From the NCBI GenBank assembly GCA_028826165.1, contig JAPDFW010000018.1, forward strand, positions 1 to 64,000: 64,000 nucleotides of DNA, read 5' to 3'. The position numbers and the translations under genes were made by a program. This DNA is from Anaeramoeba ignava BMAN (lineage: Eukaryota; Protista; Anaeramoebae). This document shows, piece after piece, positions 12,955 to 26,361 of the stretch. The first letter of the stretch is position 1. Each line of letters begins with the position of its first letter. Under the pieces are notes generated by a model that worked only from the letters and a program-made list of their open reading frames with translations, did no database searches and was not told the origin of the DNA.

Positions 12955-15900
12955 ATGTCTTCATTCGCAGTTTCAACAATAATTGAAAAGGTAAGATCAA
13001 AAAAGATTTCTTTAGAATTACAATATAAAAGAAACAAAACAATTTTAAAATTCAAAAATTAAAATTTAAAAATTTAAAAAAAATTTTTTTTTGCTTTTTT
13101 TTTATTTAAAATAAAAACAAAATTTGGAACCTTGATAAATTGATTTAAAATTTAAATTTAAATTAAAATTGAAATTAAAATTAAAATTAAAATCAAAATT
13201 AAAATTAAAATTAAAATTAAAATTAAAATTAAAATTAAAATTAAAATTAAAATTAAAATTAAAATTAAAATTAAAATTAAAATTAAAAATAAAAATAAAA
13301 TTAAAATTAAAATTAAAATTTAAATTAAAAATTAAAATTAAAATTAAAATTAAAATTAAAATTAAAAATAAAATTAAAATTGAAATTAAAATTAAAATTA
13401 AAATTAATTCGTTTTTGATTTTTTTTCTTAAAATAAATTAATAGATGAGTTCCTTTGATTCGGATATTCGTTTTATGGGATTAAACGACTTGATTTCCGA
13501 ATTAGCAAAAGATACATTTCGTTTAGATTATTCAACTGAAAACACTTTGATAACCACCATTTTGAAATTATTATCAGATCAAAATAATGAACTTCAATCA
13601 AAAGCAGTTGAAGCGTAATTAATATTTAATAATATTTATTTAATTATTTAATTATATTTATTTGATTATTTAATTATTTAATTATATTTATTTAATAATA
13701 TTTATTTAATAATAATTATTTAATTATTTAATTATTTAATTATAATTAATTATTTATTTAATTATATTTAATTATATTTATTTAATTATATTTATTTAAT
13801 TATTTAATAATATATATTTAATTATATTTATTTAATTATATTTATTTAATTTTTATTTATTTAATTTTTATTTATTTAATTATATTTATTTATTTAATTA
13901 TATTTATTTATTTAATTATATTTATTTGATTTTTATTTAAATTAAATTAGAATTGGAGATCTTATTGGAAAAATTAAAGATTCACAGATTACAAATATGA
14001 TTGATAGAATTCTTGAAAAACTTTTAGGAGATAATGAAGAATTTCATGATATTTCAGCTTTAGCCCTTCGAGAAATAGTTAAATCATTACCTAAAAAAAT
14101 TCCAGTTGCAGATCGATTCCGAGTTCTTGGTTCAATTTCAAAACACACAATCCCACAATTACTTAAAGGAGTCAAATCTGTAATAATTTATTAATTTTAA
14201 TTTTAATTTTAATTTTAAATTTTAATTTTAATTTTAATTTTAATTTTTAATTTTTAATTTTAATTTTAATTTTGATTTTAATTTTAATTTTTAATTTTAA
14301 TTTTATTTTTAATTTTAATTTTATTTTTTAATTTTTAATTTGAATTTTAGACTCCATTCCCTGAAAACAAACTTAGATGTATTGATATTATTCGAGATTG
14401 TCTTGTCTATTTTGGGTCATTATTTCAAAATTTACATGAAGAAATTTCTATTGTTACATTATCACATATTACTGCCTTCACAGCACCAAAAAGAGTTATT
14501 GATTGCTTATGTCATCTTTCAGTTAATTCTAACGATATCTTATTCAATAAAATTGCAGAAGATTTAACCAAACATTTGACTTCCGAAACAAAAAATCAGT
14601 TTATCCGTGCTTATTTACAAGCAATTCTTGCCATTAGGTAAATTTTTCTAATTTAATTTTTTAATTTAATTTTTATTTAATTTTTTAATTTAATTTTTAT
14701 TTAATTTTTTAATTTAATTTTTGTTAATTTTATTTTTTAATTTAATTTTTATTTAATTTTTTTAATTTAATTTTTTAATTTAATTTTTTAATTTAATTTT
14801 TATTTAATTTTTTAATTTAATTTTTTAATTTAATTTTTTAATTTAATTTTTTAATTTAATTTTTTAATTTAATTTTTTTTTAGTCATGTTATTGGATATC
14901 GTCTTGCTCCTCATTTAGATAAAATTATTCCTTCATCTCTTCCATATTGCCAAAAAGAAAAATACGAAACTGATTATGATCTCCGAGAAACATGTTTACA
15001 AGTAAAAAAAATTAATTTAAACAAATCAATTTAAACAAATCAATTTAAACTCATTTTAAAATCAATTTAAACAAATCAATTTAAACAAATCAATTTAAAC
15101 AAATCAATTTAAACAAATCAATTTAAACAAATCAATTTAAACAAATCAATTTAAAATCAATTTAAAAATCAATTTAAACAAATCAATTTAAACAAATCAA
15201 TTTAAACAAATCAATTTAAAAATCAATTTAAAATCAATTTAAAAATCAATTTAAACAAATCAATTTAAACTCATTTTAAAATCAATTTAAACAAATCAAT
15301 TTAAACAAATCAATTTAAACAAATCAATTTAAACAAATCAATTTAAAATCAATTTAAAATCAATTTAAAATCAATTTAAACAAATCAATTTAAAAAAATC
15401 AATTTAAAATCAATTTAAAATCAATTTAAAAAAATCAATTTAAAATCAATTTAAACAAATCATTTTAAAATCATTTTAAAATCAATTTAAACAAATCAAT
15501 TTAAAATTTTAATCATTTTTTTCTTTTCAAAATTTTTTTTAGTCTTATGAATCATTTGTTTCAACTTCACCAAAAGAAGTTGCACCTTATATTAAATCAT
15601 TTATTGATATTTGTATTAATTTAATTTCACATGATCCTAATTATTTACCAGATGATGAAAGTGAAGATGAAGATTCTGAAAGTGAAGATCAAGATGAAAG
15701 CGATAATGGAGATGATGAAGATGATAGTGATATTGATGATGAGTAATTTTATAAATGATTTAATTTTAATTTTAATTTTAATTTTAATTTCAATTACAAC
15801 TTTAATTTTAATTTTAATTTTAATTTTAATTTTTAAAATATTTTAGAGTTGATGATGATGATCTTAGTTGGAAAGTTAGAAAAGGAAGTGCAAAATTATT

Positions 15901-18900
15901 ATCTGCTTTATTCAGAACAAGACCTGAACAATTAGATACTTTCTATAAAGAAGTTGCTCCAGTTTTAATTGGACGTTTTGATGAAAGAGAAGAAAATGTT
16001 AAAGTAAAATTTATTTAATTTTATAAATGAATTTTATAAATGAATTTTAAATTTAATTTTGAATTTTAGCTTTCAGTTTTTGAAGCTTTTAGAGAACTTC
16101 TTGCACAAACTGAAGCAATGATGAGTGCACAAAAAGGACATTTGTAAAGAAATAAATGAAATGATTTTTTTCAACTATAAAAATTAAACAACATTTTTTT
16201 AATTTTAAAATTATTTAGGGAATCTTTGGATATTTTAAATGATAATATTGATAAGATTGTTAAACAATTAGCACTTTCTTTAAAACAAACAAGTTTGAAA
16301 ACTCGAGTTGGAGCACTTTCATTGATTACTAGTTTATCCAAAGTGACACCCAAATCATTAGAAGATCAAATTGGAAAATTAATTCCTGGAATTCAATTAG
16401 CATTAAAAGTAATTTTAATTTTAATTTCAAAATGAATTTTAATTTTAATTTTAAATTTTAATTTTAATTTCAAAATGAATTTTAATTTTATTTAATTTCA
16501 AAATGAATTTTTAGGATAAATCTCCTTCAAACTCTAAACTTATTATTCACTCTCTTTCAACAATTAATAACTTAATTTCCAACACAGAACCAAAAGCATT
16601 TATTCCACACATTGAATCCTTTTTATCAGTTATTCTTGAATTAACACAAGATAAACATTTCAAAATTTCATCAGAAGCACTTAAAGTGTGCAAAAATATA
16701 GCAATTGTAATCAAACCAGTTGAAAATTCCGATCAAAAAATTGATTCTAAAAAAATTGGAAAAGAAATTTATGAAGCAACATTTTCATTATTAAAAGAAA
16801 CTGCAGTTGATCAAGAAGTGAAAGAAGCAGCAATTGATTCAATGGCAACAATTTTATCACATTTTGGAAATGAACTTGGAAATGCGGAACAAGCATTGCA
16901 TTTATTATTAGAAAAACTCAGCAATGAAATTACTCGTGTTGCAGGAATCAAAGCTTTCCAATTAATTGCAGAGTCGCCAATTAAAGGTATTTTAAACAAA
17001 GTTCTTCCGAAATTAATTGAAACACTTGCTCAGTTACTCCGAAAGAAGAAAAAGATTCTTAAACAAACTTCAATCCGAACTCTCGAGACTATTCTTAAGT
17101 ATTATGGTGCAGATTTGCCAAAAGAATCTTATACTAAATTATTTATAGAATTATCCAATTTGATTCAAGATCAAGATCTTTATTTGGCACATTTAACAAT
17201 GCGTTTGAGTTATACAATTTTGGAGTCTTATCCTGTGATGGCGAAACAAGTAGTTGATCATATTTTACCTAAAGTATTGAATTTATCTGGAAGTCCATTA
17301 CTTCAAGGTGTTTCATTGCGTGTAAGCGAATATTCATTTAAAATTAAAATTAAAATTAAAATTAAAATTAAATTAAAAATTCAAATTTATTTTGAAATTC
17401 AAATTAAAAATTCATTTTGAAATTAAAAATTTATTTTGAAATTCAATTAAAAAATTAAAATTAAAATTAAAATTAAAATTAAAATTAAAATTAAAATTAA
17501 AATTAAAATTAAAATTAAAATTCATTTTGAAATTAAAAATTCATTTTGAAATTTAAAATTTATTTTGAAATTTAAAATTCATTTTGAAATTAAAGACAAT
17601 GCTCACCTTCTTCTCAAAACTCGTCCCAGCTACTAAATCCCTTCTCAAATTCGACGATTTCATTCAACCATTAATCAAACTTGTTCTTGAACAAAATTCA
17701 AAAGAAATATCAAAACAAATATTCACATCAGTACCGCAAATAATCGCAGCAATCTGCCAAAGCTCTGACGAAAAGGAGGTAAAGAAACTAGTCTCTCGAT
17801 TTGTATCCGACGTTCAATCCAACAAGGATCAAATCACGATTATTCTAGCATTATGCGCACTTGGGGAGATTGGACGCAACATGGATTTATCATATGTATC
17901 CAACCTTCAGAAAGTAGTTCTTGGATGTTTCAACAACAGCTCGGAAGACATTAAGGCAGCAGCCTCGTTCTCGTTCGGGAACTTATCAGCAGGAAACATG
18001 GACTTCTTTCTTCCTGTTATTTTTGAACGAATCCAAAAAATTCCAAAAGAACAGTATCTTCTTTTTAGATCCTTAAGAGAAGTCATCTCTCGAAACGCCG
18101 ACAGCGAGCGCGGATTGCAGATCATTAAACCACATATTTCTAAGCTCCTTGAGATCCTGTTTCTTAACTGCGAGAACGAAAACGAGGGAACAAGAAATGT
18201 TGTCTCGGAATGTCTCGGAAAATTGGCACTTTTTGATCCCGTCAAATTAATACCCGAATTAAAGAAACACACAACATCGGCATCGCCATTAATCCGAACT
18301 TCCGTAGTCTCCGCATTCAAATATTGCATCACCAAGGATGATGCAGCAGACTCTGTAATCCAACAGTATGTGGGAGATTTCATGGAATGTTTGGGCGACA
18401 AAGATTACATTGTCCGAAAATCCGCATTAAATACACTTAACTTCATCGCGCATTCCAAGCCAGCTTTAGTGCGCGATTTGATCCCGAAAATTTTATCCAA
18501 GCTTTACTCGGAAACTATCATCAAGCCCGAGCTTATTCGCGTGATCAAACTGGGACCATTTACGCATGAAATTGACGACGGTCTCGAAAACAGAAAGGCA
18601 GCTTTCGATACAATGAACACGCTTCTCACAACATCGTACAATCTCCTCAACATCTCCGACTTCATTGCTCATGTGCAGATCGGAGTTGACGACTCTTCTG
18701 ATGAAGTTATTACTTCCGCTTTTGGAATTCTTAACCGTTTAATTGTCATCAATAAGGATGTTGTCAGATCATCCTTAGATTCATTTGTAGAGCCTCTTAA
18801 GAAAATCGTCACTAAGCGTCTTAAGCCTGATGCCGTCCAGCAAGAGATCCAAAAGAACGAAGAGGTTATTGCTAATGCTCTCAGTGTTATTGTTAATCTC

Positions 18901-19065
18901 AAAAAAATTCCTGATTCTGAAAGAGCTTTGAAATTTACTGAATTTATTCAACAAACTATCCTCAGAAATTCAGACTTGAAAGCTAAATTCGAAGCTATTG
19001 AACAGGGTAAACCTGATGATTTGGATGACCATTATCTTTCTCAATCTTCTCGTCAGAATGATTGA
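12955..19065 (+). CDS. CAND1: Cullin-associated NEDD8-dissociated protein 1, 11 exons (12955-12990, 13445-13614, 13951-14179, 14351-14637, 14884-15001, 15543-15742, 15847-16003, 16070-16143, 16219-16408, 16515-17321, 17596-19065)
   Basis: [48 protein letters not shown] and [25 protein letters not shown]; all introns GT-AG. Confidence 0.95.
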
Positions 19066-19279
19066 TTTCTCTAATTTTTTTTTTCTTTTTTTTTCTTTTC
19101 TTTTCTTTTTTTTTTACTTCTTCTTTTTCAATCATTCTTTTTTTCTTCTTTTCACAATTACAAAAACAAAAACAATTACAAAAACAATTACAAAAACAAT
19201 TACAAAAACAATTAAAAATTGATTCAATTGATTCAAACATTTTGAAATTAAACAATTTTAATTTTTAATTTTAATAATT

Positions 19280-20125
19280 TTTAATAAATTATTTATATTT
19301 TATTTCTATTTTATATTGAAATTAAATTTTATTTGATTAAATTATTATTTTTGATTATTTATTCTTTTTATTTTGAAATTAAATAATTTTAATAAAAATA
19401 TTTAATTAAATTTAATAATTTTGAATAATAAATTATTTATATTTTATTTCTATTTTATATTGAAATTAAATTTTATTTGATTAAAATTATTTTAAATATT
19501 TTCTTTTTATTTTGAAATTTATTTTTATTCTTTTTAAATTTAATTTTTAAAATTTAAATTTCTATTTTTAATTTTTAATAAAAATATTTTTGATTTTATT
19601 TTTAAATTTAAATAATTTTGAATAATATTATTTATATTTCATTTATATTTTATATTGAAATTATTTTATTTGATTTATTATTTTTTAATTATTTATTCTT
19701 TTTTATTTTTGAAATTAAATAATTTTAATAAAAATATTTAATTTTAATAATTTAAAAAAATATATTTTATATTTTATTTTATTTTATATTTAAATTAAAT
19801 TTTATTTGATTAAATTATTATTTTTTTATTTATTTTTTATTTTGAAATTAAATAATTTTAATAAAAAATTTAATTAAATTTAATAATTTTGAATAATAAA
19901 TTATTTATATTTCATTTCTATTTTATATTGAAATTAAATTTTATTTGATTAAATTATTATTTTTAATTATTTATTCTTTTTATTTTGAAATTAAATAATT
20001 TTAATAAAAATATTTAATTAAATTTAATAATTTTGAATAATAAATTATTTATATTTCATTTATATTTTATATTTAAATTAAATTTTATTTGATTAAATTA
20101 TTATTTTTGATTATTTATTCTTTTT
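19280..20125. repeat. Degenerate AT-rich tandem repeat, unit ~134-144 bp, ~6 copies
   Basis: Anchor ttatatt(g/t)aaatta recurs at 19311, 19455, 19650, 19784, 19923 and 20067. Confidence 0.75.
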
Positions 20126-20164
20126 AGAAGTTTTGAAAAAGAAAAATAAAAAGAAATTTGAATT

Positions 20165-21802
20165 TTAAATGAAATAAGTTTCAATTTCTTCAGTATTCCA
20201 ATCATTCATTCCTGTATCTTCATCATAATAACGAATAAAATAACCATAAGATTCATCAGTTTCAGATTGAATTCCATCAGGAAGTTTGTAACTAATTCCA
20301 AAATTTGAATCACCACTACTCAAACCATATTTAAAATAAATATCATCTCCAAAACTTGGTCCGTTTTTTGGATCATAATAAATTGCATATTTTTCTTGTC
20401 TTTTTTTAATTGGAAATTTCTTTGGTTTTCTTTTAGTTATATCATTTCTTAATGAAAAAATAAATGCATTTGGATCAATAATAGATCCATTGTTTGAATT
20501 TCTATCTTGTTTTTCCATTTTGATTTATCAGTTGTAAATCCAACTGAAGTAAATCCTCCAAAAATACAATTATCACTTGTTGCTTTGATAATAATTAATG
20601 TTTTTCCTTTATTATCACATTTTGAATGCCATTTTTTACAATCAAATCCATCTCGTTTTGCTGAATATCTTAGTTTCATTTTATAAAAGAATTCATCATC
20701 ATTTATCCATTTTTTTAATTTCTTAATATGTTCTTTTTTTTGTGTAATTGTTGATTCAAATCTAAATCTTGGTTTGAAAATGAATAAATTTGAATTTTCT
20801 TTTTCTTTTTTTTCAATAAATTTTTTTAATTCTTTTTCATCTTCATCTTTTTCATTTTCATTTTGAATTTTTTGAAATTGAATTAATTGTTGTGAAATTT
20901 GATTTGGAATTAATTCTTGTTTCAAAGTATCTTTAAGTTCTTGTTTTGAGAAATCAATAAATCTGATTTTTTGAATAATATTTGAAATTTGATCTTGTAA
21001 TTTTTCTTTTTCTTCTTTTTCAAGTTTTTGAATTGATTTTTTTTGATTAATATTTAATTTATGTTTTCCCCATTTAATTATTGATTGAAAAAGTTTAAAT
21101 TCATTTATTTGAATATCATGATTTGATAAAATTGAATTTAAATGATTTTCTTCAAGTTCAAGAATAAGTGAAGTTTTAATAAATTTATCAAAATTTTTTG
21201 AAATAAATTTATAAGAATAATTCAATAATTGATTTATATTCATTGAATCAGATAATTTAAGAATATCAACAATAGTATCAAATTTAAAATTCTTTTTGAT
21301 AAAATGTGAACAAAATTCAATTAAATCATCAATTAAATATTTTGATGAAAAAATTAAAATTTGAATTGCATTTTCTAAATTAATTTCAATTTTTCCTGAA
21401 TAAAAATAATTCAAAATTGGAAATAGAATTGAACTTGGAAACATCTTTTAAAATTAATTTATTTTCTTGATATTCTTTCATTTTAGTTTTAAAAAGAGTT
21501 TTAAAATATTCACTTCTTGAAGAAAGAATTGATTTATGAGTTTTAAATGAAGTTTTATTTTGTTCACAAATTATTTCAAAATCAAAATAACTTTCATCTT
21601 CTTTTTCATTTTGATTTTGATTTTGATTTTCATTTTGATTTTGATTTTGATTTTGATTTTGATTTTGATTTTGATTTTGATTTTGATTTTCATTTTGATT
21701 TTCATTTTGATTTTCATTTTGATTTTCATTTTGATTTTCATTTTGATTTTGATTTTGATTTTGATTTTGATTTTGATTTTGATTTTCATTTTGATTTTGA
21801 TT
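20165..21802 (-). CDS. BTB-BACK-TLDc protein with an N-terminal NQ/NE repeat; two frameshifts; no start codon of its own before the BTB domain
   Basis: SYFDFEIICEQNKTSFKTHKSILSSRSEYFK (BTB); LRYSAKRDGF..WHSKCDNKGKTL..IFGGFT and NAFIFSL..GPSFG..EIETY (TLDc). Confidence 0.8.
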
Positions 21803-22651
21803 TTATTTATTGTTTTTAACCATTTTATTCTTAATTGATTGCATTTCTTTTTCTAATTCTTCAAACTCAATTTTTCTCGATTGATAATCTTCGAACAATT
21901 TAGGATTTTTCTTCATTTGAATTTCTTGTTTTATTTGGTTTTCTTTCATTTTAAAAACATCCCTTTCTTGAATTAATTTTTTCAATTCAATCCTTTTATT
22001 AAAAATTTCTATTTTAATTTTTTTCGATTTTTCTTTAAGAGATTGATTTTCATTTCTTAAAAAATGCAATTTTACCACAAAATGAGTTAAAGAATGAGTC
22101 ACAGTTTCAAATGCTTTTTTCGCTTTTTCAATTTCTTTTTTTTTTTCTTCAATTAAATCATTAAGTCTTTCATTTTCTATTTTTAATTGTTCAAAATCCA
22201 TTAATTTCACACTTTCTTTTGAATAAATCAAAGAATTTTTATGTTCATTTTTAATTTCATTACTTTTTTTTCTAACTTCAATTAATTTTTGATCAATTAC
22301 TTCAAATTCTTTTATTAATTTTTCCTCTTTTATTTTTTCTATTATTTTTTTTCTTTCTTTTTGTAATTCTTTTAAATTTATTTTCTCTTTTATTGTTTCT
22401 TCTTTAATTTTCTTTTTTTCAATTTCTTTTTCAATTTCTTTATCATTTCTAATTTTTTCCAATTCAAAAAATTTTGAAATGAGTTTTTTTAAACTTTTTT
22501 TTGCAATTTTTTCATTTGATATTTTTTTTTCCATTAGATTTGAATTTGACATTGAATTTGAATTTGAATTTGAATTTGAATTTGAATTTGAATTCATTCT
22601 TTCTGTAATTATTTTTGTTAATAGTTTATTTTTGAATAAAATTTCATCCAT
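21803..22651 (-). CDS. CCDC96/CFAP184-like (DUF4201) coiled-coil protein
   Basis: LMDFEQLKIENERLNDLIEEK...TVTHSLTHFVVKL matches the DFEQLKIEN..L..KIEE..V..LTH..EKL signature of DUF4201. Confidence 0.7.
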   Translation of the reverse strand: MDEILFKNKLLTKIITERMNSNSNSNSNSNSNSMSNSNLMEKKISNEKIAKKSLKKLISKFFELEKIRNDKEIEKEIEKKKIKEETIKEKINLKELQKERKKIIEKIKEEKLIKEFEVIDQKLIEVRKKSNEIKNEHKNSLIYSKESVKLMDFEQLKIENERLNDLIEEKKKEIEKAKKAFETVTHSLTHFVVKLHFLRNENQSLKEKSKKIKIEIFNKRIELKKLIQERDVFKMKENQIKQEIQMKKNPKLFEDYQSRKIEFEELEKEMQSIKNKMVKNNK

Positions 22652-22769
22652 TATCTTTATTATCTTTATTATTTTCTAAGTAAAAAATTGAACTTTCCAA
22701 AAATTTCCTAAAAAAAAATCTCAACAAAAACTAAAAACCAAAATAAAAAACATTTTGAAATTGATTTAA

Positions 22770-23250
22770 AAAAAAACATTTTGAAATTGATTTAAATTTA
22801 GAAATTGATTTAAATTTTGAAATTGATTTAAATTTAGAAATTGATTTAGATTTTGAAATTGATTTAAATTTTGAAATTGATTTAAATTTTGAAATTGATT
22901 TAAATTTTGAAATTGATTTAAATTTAGAAATTGATTTAAATTTTGAAATTGATTTAGATTTAGAAATTAATTTAAATTTAGAAATTAATTTAAATTTAGA
23001 AATTAATTTAAATTTTGAAATTAATTTAAATTTTGAAATTGATTTAAATTTTGAAATTAATTTAGATTTAGAAATTAATTTAAATTTAGAAATTGATTTA
23101 GATTTAGAGATTGTTTGAGATTTAGAAATTGATTTAAATTTAGAAATTGATTTAGATTTAGAAATTAATTTAAATTTTGAAATTAATTTAAATTTTGAAA
23201 TTAATTTAAATTTTGAAATTGATTTAAATCTAGAAATTGATTTAAATTTT
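22770..23250. repeat. 18-bp minisatellite (gaaattgatttaaatttt/a)n
   Basis: Tandem periodicity; source of the spurious KFKSIS ORF. Confidence 0.9.
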
Positions 23251-23662
23251 GTTTTGCATTTAAAAAAGAAAAAAAAAACAAATCCCGAATAATAAAAAAA
23301 TTTTTTTTCAATATTAAATTCTCTTGAATTAACAAAAAAAAAAGACACACATAAATTATTAAATAATAAACTTGTTTTCTTTTTTAAATTTTTTTTTTTA
23401 TAATTTTTTTTTGAAAAATTTGTTCCTTTTCTTTTAATTGATAAAAAGTAATTGAATTAAAGGAAACAAAACAAATTCAAATTAGAATAAATGTTGTAAA
23501 AAAGGGGAATGAAAAAGAAAAGAAGATAAAATCAAGAAGAAGAAGAAGATAAAGAAAAAAAATTTTGCTTTTTTTTTTTTCGGTTTTTTTTTTTAAGCAT
23601 TTTTTGTTTTTTTTTGTAAATGATTTTTTGTAAATGATTTTTTGTAAATGATTTTTTAAGCT

Positions 23663-24217
23663 TTAAAGTAAATCAGTTCGGATTTTTCTGACTAAATCAA
23701 GATCACTTCTCATAATAGTAACTCTTTTAGCATGAAGAGCACAAAGATTAGTATCTTCAAGAACATCAACAATAAACGCTTCAGTTGCTTCTTGAAGAGC
23801 AGCAATAGCAGCAGTTTGGAATCTCAAGTCAGCCTTGTGTTCTTGGGCAATTTCTCTAACAAGTCTTTGAAAAGGCAATTTTCTCAAAAGTAATTCCGTT
23901 GATTTTTGGAATTTTTTGATCTCGCGAACCGCAACTGTTCCTGGTTTTGTTTTTCTTTGCTTTTTTGCTGCTGTTTGTTTTACCGCTTTATGTCCCTTTC
24001 TTGCTTTTTGTCCCTTTTGTGCTGTTTTATGTCCCTTTTGTGCGGTTTTATGTCCTTTTTGTGCTGTTTTATGTCCTTTTTGTCCTTCTCTTGCTGTTTT
24101 ATGTCCTTTTTGTCCTTTCTGTCCTTTTTGTCCTTTTCTTCCTTTTTGTCCTTTTGTTCCTTTATGTGGTCTTTTCCCACTTGTTGATTTCTTTCCTGTT
24201 GATTTTGTTCTTGCCAT
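23663..24217 (-). CDS. Histone H3 variant with an N-terminal tail extended by ~48 aa
   Basis: MARTK start; histone fold [61 protein letters not shown]; tail has KGQ and KGHKTAQ repeats. Confidence 0.95.
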   Translation of the reverse strand: MARTKSTGKKSTSGKRPHKGTKGQKGRKGQKGQKGQKGHKTAREGQKGHKTAQKGHKTAQKGHKTAQKGQKARKGHKAVKQTAAKKQRKTKPGTVAVREIKKFQKSTELLLRKLPFQRLVREIAQEHKADLRFQTAAIAALQEATEAFIVDVLEDTNLCALHAKRVTIMRSDLDLVRKIRTDLL

Positions 24218-26361
24218 TTTTTTTTTTGTGTTAAATGTTTTTAAATTTTTAATTCAAAAATCAAATTAGAAAAAAAATATTTGATTTGGTTTTTTAAAAA
24301 AGAAATGAAAAAAATGATTTTCAAAATTTTTTTTTTTTAAAATTAAAATTTTTTTTTTTTTTAATTGGGGGCATAATTAAAAAATAAAAAATAAAAAAAT
24401 AAAAATTAATTATTTGAATTTGTTTTTTTTTTGCTTTTTCTTCTTCTTTCATTTCTTTTTTGATCAAATTTTTGAATAGATAAATATGAATTTAAATCTA
24501 TTTTTTAAATAAAAAAGTAATTTTAAATTAAATTTAGAATTTCTTTTATTTCTTTTTTTTTTATAATTAAAATAACTTAAAAATTTTCAAAAACAAGAAA
24601 AATTTTAAGTTAATTCCAAATCTCTAAATTTAAAAAAATTTCCAAAAAAAGAAAGATTAATTTATTTTTTTTTTTTCAAAGAAATACGTAATAAAAACAT
24701 AATTATTTGCAAAGCTTATTTTCCAACAAATCACTTTGATCAATTTAATCAATTTAATCAATTCATTTCAATTTAATCAATTTAATCTATTCATTTCAAT
24801 TTAATCAATTTATTTAATATCAATTTAATCTATTTATTATCAATTTAATCAATTTAATCAATTTAATCAATTTAATCAATTTAATCGATTTAACATCAAT
24901 TTAATCAATTTAATCAATTTAATAAATCCTTTTTTTTTTTCCATTTAATTTAATCTATTTATTATCAATTTATTATCAATTTATTATCAATTTATTTTAA
25001 TCAAATTACCCATCAATTTATTTCATATCAATTTATTATCAATTTAATATCAATTTAATATAAATTTATTATCAATCAATTTAATATCAATCAATTTAAT
25101 ATCAATTTAATATCAATCAATTATCAATTTATTTCAATCAATTTAATCAATTTAATATCAATTTTAATATCAATTTAATATCAATTTAATATCAATTTAT
25201 TATCAATTTAATATCAATTTAATATCAATCAATTTAATATCAATTTATTTCAATTTAATATCAATTTAATATCAATTTATTATCAATTTAATATCAATTT
25301 AATATCAATTTATTTCAATTTAATATCAATTTAATATCAATTTATTATCAATTTATTATCAATTTATTATCAATTTATTTCAATTTAATATCAATTTTAT
25401 TATCAATTTATTATCAATTTAATCAATTTTTATCAATTTATTATCAATTTAATATCAATCAATTTAATATCAATTTAATATCAATTTATTATCAATTTAT
25501 TATCAATTTATTATCAATTTAATATCAATTTAATATCAATTTAATATCAATTTAATATCAATTTAATATCAATTTAATATCAATTTATTCAATTTAATCA
25601 ATTTAATATCAATTTAATATCAATTTATTATCAATTTATTATCAATTTAATATCAATTTATTATCAATTTTAATATCAATTTATTTATTATCAATTTATT
25701 ATCAATTTATTATCAATTTAATATCAATTTTAATATCAATTTATTATCAATTCCAATCAATTTAATATCAATTTATTATCAATCAATTTATTATCAATTT
25801 AATATCAATTTAATATCAATCAATTTATTATCAATTTAATATCAATCAATTTATTATCAATTTATTATCAATTTAATATCAATTTAATATCAATTTATTA
25901 TCAATTTATTATCAATTTATTATCAATCAATTTAATATCAATTTATTATCAATTTATTATCAATCAATTTAATATCAATTTAATATCAATTTATCAATTT
26001 AATATCAATTTATTTATTATCAATTTATTATCAATCAATTTAATCTATTCATTTCAATTTATTTATTATCAATTTATTATCAATTTAATATCAATTTATT
26101 ATCAATTTAATATCAATTTAATATCAATTTATTTAATATCAATTTAATATCAATTTATTTAATATCAATTTAATATCAATTTAATATCAATCAATTTATT
26201 ATCAATCAATTTAATATCAATTTATTATCAATCAATTTATTATCAATTTAATATCTATCAATTTAATATCAAATTATTATCAATTTAATATCAATTTATT
26301 ATCAATTTAATATTAATTTATTATCAATTTATTATCAAATTATTATCAATTTAATATCAAT

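Noticed and set aside
21803-21805. Alternative genetic code (TAA = Gln)
   Set aside because: TAA terminates H3, RMND5, the acyltransferases and the receptors at the expected positions, and long ORFs lack in-frame TAA/TAG.
23663-24217. Centromeric H3 (CENP-A)
   Set aside because: It retains Q68, F84 and T107, the canonical loop-1 length and an ARTK start.
24670-24695. Possible 6-nt microexon (ag|aaatac|gt) making the 11-bp satellite a giant + strand intron
   Set aside because: No flanking coding exons could be identified, so there is no support without RNA data.
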